Assembly: GCF_001194135.2 (NCBI RefSeq)
Contig: NC_068982.1
Span: forward strand, 155,705,973-155,766,396
Source: Octopus bimaculoides
Taxonomy: Eukaryota
Direction of reading: 5' to 3'
Length of the DNA stretch: 60,424 bases
The notes below the pieces were generated by a model. That model had not been told where the DNA came from. It saw only the letters and a program-made list of their open reading frames with translations, and ran no database searches. The translations under genes and the position numbers were made by a program. Of this stretch, positions 35,696 through 45,800 are shown in pieces; the stretch's first letter is position 1; each line of letters starts with the position of its first letter.

Positions 35696-37506
35696 TGTTT
35701 TGTTACAATATCATTCTGTCTCCAGCTCTTCTACTCGCTTATGTCTCCTCCGCTTACCTCGATATTTATATACAATTTTCTCTCTTTCTCTCCATCCTAC
35801 TCTCTCAATCTTCCATCTTCTCAATTTAGTGTTCTATCCTATCTACTCTCTTCCACGCCTCTCACCACATCTCATTCTTCTTCCTGCCAATATGACGAAA
35901 AGAAGGAAACCAACAACCAGTCAAAATCATACCCTCACTAAAAAGGAGAGAAAAAGACGACACAAAAACAAAAACTTGCGTTTTGGTAAAATCATTAAAT
36001 GCGCCAATCCTGCCAGAATCAACTTCAAAAGATGAGAAAATATCAATTGTTCTCAAAATAGTACAATGAAACGAATTACTTGTGCTAGTCCAAAGACTGT
36101 GGAAACGAAATAAAATAGAAAGCTTGGAGCTAAGTCATCAGTTGCGGAACTTTCAAGTAATTTAAAGCCATAGGCTTAGATGAAGACTTGCCTAAGTCTG
36201 AAAAGCCATACATTCTCAGTGAAACACAGCCATCTGGGTTCCTTTCATTACCTGAGTCTCAACTCAGAATCACAGAGGGACAGAGGCTACCTATAGAGAT
36301 CTGTTCATCCACTAGATCAGGCTTTCGCCCCTTGTATAAGCAGGGCTGATCTACAGTAGATGAACAGATCTATTTAACCGGCTTTAGCGCTTATGTGAAG
36401 AAGATTTTGAAATCCTCTAACCAGACACCCGTTCTAATGCTTACAACAGACTGGGTTCTGCTCAAGGAACACAAGCAAAGTGGTGGCGTAAAACCGGGCG
36501 ATGTTTTAAGTGTATTTTATAAAAATAAAAACAGTTCTCCCGACAGGTTACCACTCTGTTTCCATCCACCAATTTTCACTTATAAGGCTTTGGTTGAAGA
36601 CAGATTTACATGTAAGATGCTGCACAGTGGAATCGAACCCGAAACCACGTGAAATCGCATAGCTGCGAAGCAAACTTAACTAAACAACCGTGATTGCATC
36701 CACTAATTGACAGTGAGAGGCAGAGTTTAGGAAAGAGTTGAGTGCTGGACTTGCCACATTTAGTGGTCTGTAATATTCTTTCCGAGTTCATGTCCCACAG
36801 AAGCAGACATTGTTCTGCGTACCTCTGAAGTCTTGTGAAAAACTATACCTACTAGGGTTGATTCAATTGCTTGCACCTCTTCCCTGAAATTGGTAGGCTT
36901 GTTTCAAAGTCAGGAATGAGTATGATTACTGCTAATTGCTTTGGTTAAGGGAGACGATTGGCAGAATCACTAGAGTGCCAGACAAAAGCCCTGGTGTATT
37001 TTGTCCTTTGCGTTTTATGTTCAAATTCAGCCGAGATCAACTTTACCTTTCATCCTTTCGGTGTCGATAAAATAAAGTACCAATCAAGTATTGGAGATCG
37101 AATCCACCTCCTCTCCCCCTCAAAATGGGATAATCTATGTCTGGTGGATTAAAAGAGGATTTCAGCCGCTCCCAAGGTCGAGTAAGTTGGGCTATCCACT
37201 CTCATCATCGAGTTAGACTCCGCTATGCGCTTAAATCATAGAAGTGCCGTACTTTCATAGGATCCAATGTTGACAAAGGCATATGTGATACCGACAGGGT
37301 CAAGATTCCACACTCTAGACATCGAAGGACACAGCTATGTGGAAGGCTAGAGAGTCGCAATTGTTTCCACCTATACTACACTTAAAGTGTCTCCACGGAC
37401 GAAGAGACAATAGAAAAAGAAAATACAGATATTTCATTATAGCAGACTCAGGAGGCCCACCGTCTGTTTTTGTTTTCAAGAAGCCAATGTTGACTCGTAC
37501 TTGAGA

Positions 37507-37542
<36 letters not shown>

Positions 37543-37729
37543 CGTGCATGCGTGCGAACCGCGCAAAAATAGCTGCATATCAAATTTTATATTGACAAAC
37601 GCTTGTGCGACACGAGTACCACTCAAATTTGAAGCCTTTAAACTGGCAACAATTAATAGCATGCAAGATGTGCAGAGATAAACATTGTAAGACTGCCCTC
37701 CTCCCACATACATTTACATACAAATGTAA

Positions 37730-37764
<35 letters not shown>

Positions 37765-38478
37765 TATGTATGTATGTATGTATGTATGTATGTATGTGTG
37801 TATGCAAAGACATGTTAGGATCCACAATGAGCAGAACTTACTTGCAGGTATTGGTAGTGCAAATCAGAGGTGCAATCTGTGTGGGTGTTATTTCAAAACA
37901 CAGTCTGGTTTAAAAAGCCACATCAGACGCCATGAAAGGGCTAAGGTGTAGGTGCAGGAGGTGGTTAAACTCTGTTTAAGGAGTAGACAACCACCATGTG
38001 TGTATGCATGTTTGTATATATATATATATATACACAGACACACACAAAAACACACACAACAGCAACAACAACAACNNNNNNNNNNNNNNNNNNNNNNNNN
38101 NNNNNNNNNNNNNNNNNNNNNNNNNNNNNNNNNNNNNNNNNNNNNNNNNNNNNNNNNNNNNNNNNNNNNNNNNNNNNNNNNNNNNNNNNNNNNNNNNNNN
38201 NNNNNNNNNNNNNNNNNNNNNNNNNNNNNNNNNNNNNNNNNNNNNNNNNNNNNNNNNNNNNNNNNNNNNNNNNNNNNNNNNNNNNNNNNNNNNNNNNNNN
38301 NNNNNNNNNNNNNNNNNNNNNNNNNNNNNNNNNNNNNNNNNNNNNNNNNNNNNNNNNNNNNNNNNNNNNNNNNNNNNNNNNNNNNNNNNNNNNNNNNNNN
38401 NNNNNNNNNNNNNNNNNATTGTTTTTGTTTCAGCACACGATCTCAGATCAGGTCACTTGCTATGCAAGTACATCTCCG

Positions 38479-38521
<43 letters not shown>

Positions 38522-39763
38522 TTAATGAATGGCAAAAGAGTTACATAGTCATCTTCCTTAGGTTGCAACTGATTTTGCAATAAGAAGGAATGCAATTGGA
38601 TGGCTGTTGACTCTCTTGAGTTCATCCGCTCTTTGATAAATTTTGTTTTTCATCCACCTCCTCACCCTACTACACATTCCTACCTCCTCGAATTTTACAC
38701 ATCTTATGTAACCTCCTCAGACTTTTCAAGATTTTTAAATAACTTTTCCTCTCTCACAGAACTCGTAATTTTCGCAGCAGTTGCATTGTAATTAATATTT
38801 CTCTAGTTTTTCTTTTTCTAATTTTCTCTCATTTGTTTTCGCTCTGTGAATTCGCGCCTTACCTCTCTTTTTCGCTTCCCTTGCTCGTTTTTTCCTTTTC
38901 CCTTTTCTCCTTTTTCTACCTTCCATTTAAACGCGTTACACCCCGACACGTCAACACACCTCTACCGCATTCATCTTGCTCTCCACATGCCTTTATCTCT
39001 GCCCTCGCAAACCTATACACATGTGCACCTCGAATACTCCATTCTCCTTTATGTCCATAGCAAAACACGAATACTCTCCTACATGTATATACACACTCGC
39101 CTCTTCCTCCCTAAATTAACTTCCCCAAAACTGTATTTCTACCTGGTTCCTAACCCCTCGCCTATTATTTCTCAATAACTTTCCCCTCTTTCTTACTCCT
39201 TCTATGTGTTTCTTCTGATAAAGGACTAACGTTCGAAGCGTTAAAACCCTTTCCCTGCTTTTTAAGCGTTAAGCTAATACAGTATTTATTAAAACTTAAG
39301 TCTTGTGTTGTCATTTTTCTTTTTGTTTCTGTTATTTGCCTGTACAATACACACGCACTCACTCACACACACACACACACATCACACACATCACACACAC
39401 ATACACTCAGACACATACAAGGAAGGGCACACTGGATAATGTAATTCAAGATAAACTATATCTGAAGAAATAAAGAGACTGGATTCTCCTCATGTCTGGA
39501 ATATCTCGATCATGTGTCAGCATGTTTTATCAGGACTGACTCGGAGCAAAATAACAGCAAACACTACTACAAGCCAACGTCTACCTGGGAACGCAGTCTG
39601 TTAGAAATAGCGGCCAAAAACAGCTCTTATGTTTGTATAACGTGGTCTTTGTATGTTAGCGTATCTAAATGAGAGACAGGACTGTCATGACTGTAACGTC
39701 ATGATCACAGATCTATCTACTTGATCAGAGCACTAACCGGGGTTAGGAATAACACCACCACAG

Positions 39764-39827
<64 letters not shown>

Positions 39828-42800
39828 CTGACACAGGTTGTCAAGGGGTCTCTCAAAATGTGACCTCTTTCAATGAAGAAACACACACTTATACATACAT
39901 ACATACATACATACATACATACACACATACACACATGCATACATACATACACACATACACACACAAACATACAGACATTCACACACGCATGCACACACTC
40001 ACCTGCACACACACATACGCACACACCATTCCCTCCACTCCAACTTAACAGAAATAGAAGCTGACTACATATTTAACCGACCTAAACAAATATTAGGTTA
40101 GTTAATATTTAAATATTGTTTTATCTAGTAATGTTTTAAAATTGTTTGTACTTAAATTGACTCTTTTATTTAACATGTTTGATTTGTTGGTCATAAAACG
40201 TCGTTTTATTTTGTGAAATGCCAAACCTTAAAAATAAAACTACTTCGTTAATAATTAAAACACTCATTTGAAGTTTTTGTCACGTCCTTTAGAGTTATTT
40301 TCGTGATACCTTTGCCGTCTTACAGATGACATTTCCACTTTCAGCAGGTTTAGAGGTGATTCAAGGTATACGAACGGGAAAACTAGGCTGCTAAATATAT
40401 CGTTTCATGTTCATATACGCTTGTCTAGCTTTATGTCTAGATTTAGTTTTCTTCTTTGTTCCTTTCCTTTTCTTTTTTTTCTTTCATAGCAACCTACTTA
40501 TTTAAGGATATCCTGTCAATTCACACATACACACACACGCGCGCGCGAACATGTACGTTGATACACACACGCTCTCATACACAGACATACACGCTCCCAT
40601 CGGCTCAAATACATACACACATACCTACATACATATTCACAGATTTACCCAAACATACACGCGCGCGCACACACACAGAACACACACATGCACGCATGCA
40701 CGCACACACAGAACAACAAGAAACTCAACTGTTCTATATTTAAGAGATGAGGAATTATGTACATTATTTGACGGATATTTGAACTGTATGGATGGCTTTA
40801 TTGAGTTCACATGATCTAAAAGCACTCATCTTGTTTGTTAACACAACGTTTCGGCTGATATATCTTCCTGATATACGTTCCTAAGGTATTTTTCGATGTT
40901 GTTGTTGTTGTTATAATTATTATTCAGGTCACTGCCTGGAATCGAACTCGGAATCTTGCAGTTAGTAGCCCGCGCTCTTAACCACTACGCCATGAGCAAT
41001 CATGGAGTGAATTCTAGGGCTTATAGATCTAATATTCTCCTATTCTTCCTTAATACCGGTTCCCATATGCTGTTCATATTTGCACTCGGTCTGCTTATGA
41101 GGTTGTTGTGTCCTAGCATATGTGCTGCTTTTCCAGTGGTGTTCTCTGTCTATTATTTTAACTTCATCCCACAGGGGAGGTGGTCTCCATTTATCCATAC
41201 ATGATCAGCTATACCCGATTTATCAATATCTCTCCGTGTAACAACTTTGCGATGTTTCTCTACCCTTGTTTTGAGGGGGTGACATGTTTCACCTTTGTAT
41301 AACCTACCACAGCTGCATGGAATGGAGTACACGCAGTTCTTAGTCATATTCTCTTCTATTGGTGGTTTTACTCGAAGGAGATATTTGCGAAGTGTTGTAT
41401 TACTCTTGAATACTGTTCTGATGTCATATGGGCCGCACATCTTTTGTATCTTTTCAGAGAGGCTTTTCACATAGGGTAGACAGACTGTGGACAGTTTATC
41501 GATTTCATCCTCTCTTTTCTTCATAATTGGAGTAGAGAGTATGCTTTTGGGGTAGTTGCTGCTTAATAGATTGTTATTGAGCTTGATCATTTCTTCGTGG
41601 TGGGTATTATGATCGCTACTTATATTCATTGCTCGATGTTTTAGGCACTGAGCAATCCATCTCTTTACACTGTATGGATGGTGGGAGTTGAAGTTGAGGT
41701 ATCGTCCAGTAAAGGTCGGCTTGCGGTATACGGATGTCCTGAATCCATACTTGGTGTGTGTTATTAATACGTCCAGGAATGCTAGCTGATTGTCTTTTTT
41801 CTGTTTCCATTGTGAACTGTATGGATGGCTTTATTGAGTTCACATGATCTAACAGCACTTGGACATCTTCCTGGTGGGGCCAGAATATGAAGGTGTCATC
41901 AACATATCGCAGCCATAGGGTTGGTTTTAGTGGTGTTGATCCTCAAGCCAAATTCTCAAAGTATCCCATGTGTATATTGGCTATTATCGGTGATAATAGC
42001 GAACCCATAGCTAAACCCTCTTCTTGTCGATATATATCAGTGTCCATACTGAAGTGGTTAGTTTCTACACAGAAAGTCAACATTTCCATCAAGTTTCTTA
42101 TTGGTATACTAGTTCGTTCTTTTAGATGGGTGTCTGTCATTAGTTTTTCTTGAATCACAGATAGTACTTCACCAGTTGGGACTTTGGTGAACAGACTTAT
42201 CACGTCTAGACTCGCCATCTAGTTGGATTCAATTGGGGTATCCTTGATCAATTCTGTGAAGTAGATGGAATTCTTCATGTACGATGTTGACTTTCCTGCT
42301 AATGGACTGATTATATCCTCAAGGAAGCGGCTCAGGGGATGACATGCTGAACCTCTACAGCTCACTATCGGTCTTAATGGAATACCATCCTTGTGAATCT
42401 TAGGAAGACCGTACACAAGGATGGTATTCCATTAAGACCTATAGTAAGCTGTAGAGGTTCAGCATGTCATTCCTCGAGCTGCTTCATTGTAGATATAATC
42501 AGTCCATTAGCAAGAAAGTCAACATCGTACGTGAAGAATTCTACCCACTTCACAGAATTGATCAAGGATACCCCTATTGAATCCAACCAGATGGTGAGTC
42601 TAGATGTGATAAGTTTGTTCACCAAAGTGCCAACTGGTGAAGCACTATCGGTGATTCAAGGAAAACTAGCATATCAGCCGAAACGTTGTGTTAACAACAA
42701 ACAAGATGAGGACAAATATCCGTCAATGGTAAATAATGTAAATAATGTAAGAAACCCAACCACATCGACTCAACGAGAGAGTCTCTACGAGGCAACTTGA

Positions 42801-45800
42801 GCTAGAGTTAACTGACAAATCAATCCCAAATCACATCTCATTGTTTTAGAAATAGATCTAAATTGATTTACCAAATCTATTTGCTAAAAATAACTGCCAA
42901 ATTCTACTCTCAAAATCATACCCAACCGTCTCAGAAAAGGCAACATTGGATAATTTAGTTCTGGGTACCTTATAATTAAATAAAAAAAAGACAGGATAAT
43001 CACGGTTAGAACGCCTTTAATCATGGGCTTGCACGATTAAGGCTCATCTAGAGTTACACAACACCATGAGCCTTGTAATGTGACTCAACCTACTAGAAAT
43101 AGCAACCAAATACCACTTAAATTACAACCTATCGGCTTAAAATCAAACAAGCATTAAATTATGTAGTCCAAAATAAGAAGAGGATATCGTTACGGTTGGA
43201 TTGTTTGCCGTCATAAGTCTTTTCAATTGGAGTAAACATTGGGTTGAAGCACAACAATAACTACAACAAATAACACTAACAATCTCACGAGCTAATAATG
43301 GGAGCCTCTACGTAGCCTTTTNNNNNNNNNNNNNNNNNNNNNNNNNNNNNNNNNNNNNNNNNNNNNNNNNNNNNNNNNNNNNNNNNNNNNNNNNNNNNNN
43401 NNNNNNNNNNNNNNNNNNNNNNNNNNNNNNNNNNNNNNNNNNNNNNNNNNNNNNNNNNNNNNNNNNNNNNNNNNNNNNNNNNNNNNNNNNNNNNNNNNNN
43501 NNNNNNNNNNNNNNNNNNNNNNNNNNNNNNNNNNNNNNNNNNNNNNNNNNNNNNNNNNNNNNNNNNNNNNNNNNNNNNNNNNNNNNNNNNNNNNNNNNNN
43601 NNNNNNNNNNNNNNNNNNNNNNNGCTTCTAATAGAAAAGATTATTACTGCTTTTAAACGAATTTCAACTCTCATTGCTTTTTTTTTTGTTTTTCTTGTAA
43701 AACTCATCGTTTCCTCTTTGAAATTACTTGACCTGCTGCGAAAGCAGTTTTGATTTTTTTTTTTTGCCGCACTGCCTTGTCGCCATGATGTTGTATGGGA
43801 AGCAACTCGAACGAAAAGTGTTAATTTTTTTTGCTTAAAATGGGGCAAAACTCTCATTTACTTGTACGGCATGACATGCCTCTACCACCCGAATCCATCA
43901 AATGGCTTTCGTTTCTTGTATCTTGGATAACACAACTTTTCGTGTTTCGCATCGAAGAGATGGTCGAGATACATTCTCACACTTTGCACTTCGGATGCAA
44001 TGCCTTTTCTAATGGCCTCCCCGACTCTATCTACTAATTCCTTCTCCAATCTATTTCCTCGTGTTAGTTCATTGCTAAAACTAATTAAGTCCTAATTCTT
44101 TTCTTTAATGTAATATATCACTTATTGATTGTCATTGACAATCGTTACTTAACTACCTTACTAACCTGGTCTCTGTTGGCTTTATTGTGCTGAGATCGAC
44201 ATGTTCAGCTTGCAGTGACGGAAACTTTGTCTAGTTGAGGTATCCAATCTTACCGTGCAGATTGTATACAACTGTGCAGTTAATTGCATCGAACTGTGGA
44301 TATCCTATCCTGCCTATATCAGTCAACATAAAGAAAACTGTATCAAAATAGGATCTGGGAAATTCGCTGCGGTTTGACCAACTTCATGTTTGCGCAGTTA
44401 TGTAATCCATTTGACACCTGTCAGACAGTTGGACAGAGTAAAAAAGAGAGGGTTTATACATACATGCCTTTTTAATCAGCTGTTCCCACACAATCCCAGC
44501 ACGCGTCTAGATAACCATTCGAGTTAGCCACTGACACTAATAACCGTTATATTCCTAGAAAAGTTTCTAGAAACCTGAAAAAGTTTGATCACTTAGCCTC
44601 AGCTGAGGTTGGTAGTTGCTTATGTTCTTGGCTGGCGTAAACAGCTACCAGCCTCAAAGTATTGTTTTACATGTTTCACACATCCAGAATCTCGGATCCA
44701 TTATCCCGGGGATAATGGAGATTTAGAGCTTTTCGGAACAACATTTCCACTCCACTTGATCTGCTTCGACCGAACGAAGTGTTTCAGAGGAGAGAGCGTG
44801 TGTGCAGATTAGAAACTCTGATCTTGCCAATTGCTATTACATCTAAATTCAATGACCCTGCTTTTAGACACCACCCAGGCCGCTTACACTTACGTGCCTC
44901 ACTTTCAGCAGTTTAAAGTAAAGATGAGAAAAGGTCAGTTCGTACTGAGGTGTATTGCATGTTTTGAGTTTACTAGAAGATCTCTCCGGAATTACGGATG
45001 CTGGAATCTTTTTGAATTGCTTGACGCCCAGAGGAAATTTCTTCCTCACCACAGCTCTGTATACGCCTGATGTTGTCCTCACCAGTTTTCAGGAGGAATA
45101 TTATCATCCTCCAATCCGCCTGTTTCACCTTTCTTTTGCAATGTTAGTAATTTTACGAACTCCTTTAATTTGTTGCTGTTCTTATGAACACGAGTGAAAT
45201 TGAAAAGTGTTTGTTGTTGCGGTTGCCATTGTTGTTTGTGTTGTTTTTGTTGCAGTTGTTATTTTGCTGTTCTTTGTGTTGTTCAACTCTCTGATCTGGT
45301 ACACACCTTTCTCTTCTGTGACTTTGAGCCTACCAACGTCTCTGTTTGGATCCGACCTAAGTGGGATTTTGTAGTTCAACTTCGGTCGCTTGAGTCGGTG
45401 TGCGACGAAGGCAAAAGTCATGGAAGTTTTATCGAAGTTTCATGTTTTTTATTTTTGGTTTTAGGGAATGATACATTTATTGGAGATATATGGGAAACCG
45501 TACTTTTAGCAGTCTGTTTCTGTCATTGCTTTTGTTTTTGTTGGTGTAGTTGTTTTTTTTATGTTGATATGTCTTTGTTCATGATGTGGATTTGTTTTTG
45601 GTGTTGGTAGTAGTTGTATTTTAGAATTTTTGTTTTGTAGCTGCTGCTTTACGAGGGTACAAAATGGCTTGAGACAGAGCTACAACAATGGAAAGACTTG
45701 TCCTTTCTTCTCTTCACTATATACAACCATCATGTTTTATATGCTTTCAATATAGGATTGGTCTAAAGATTAAAAAAAGAGAGGTTTTAGGTGTGATTAG

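Noticed and set aside
35880-35910. Hammerhead-like words TGACGA...GGAAAC
   Set aside because: No pairable stem II or stem I; likely chance in purine-rich sequence.
37766-37951. Host C2H2 zinc-finger gene
   Set aside because: It is a single finger with no splice sites or linker, and has an RTE-like upstream sequence and a retroelement-type tail.
40927-40997. Functional tRNA gene (Ser-like, anticodon loop CTACTAA)
   Set aside because: Acceptor and T stems do not pair properly and there is no T-run terminator. It is a SINE-type head.
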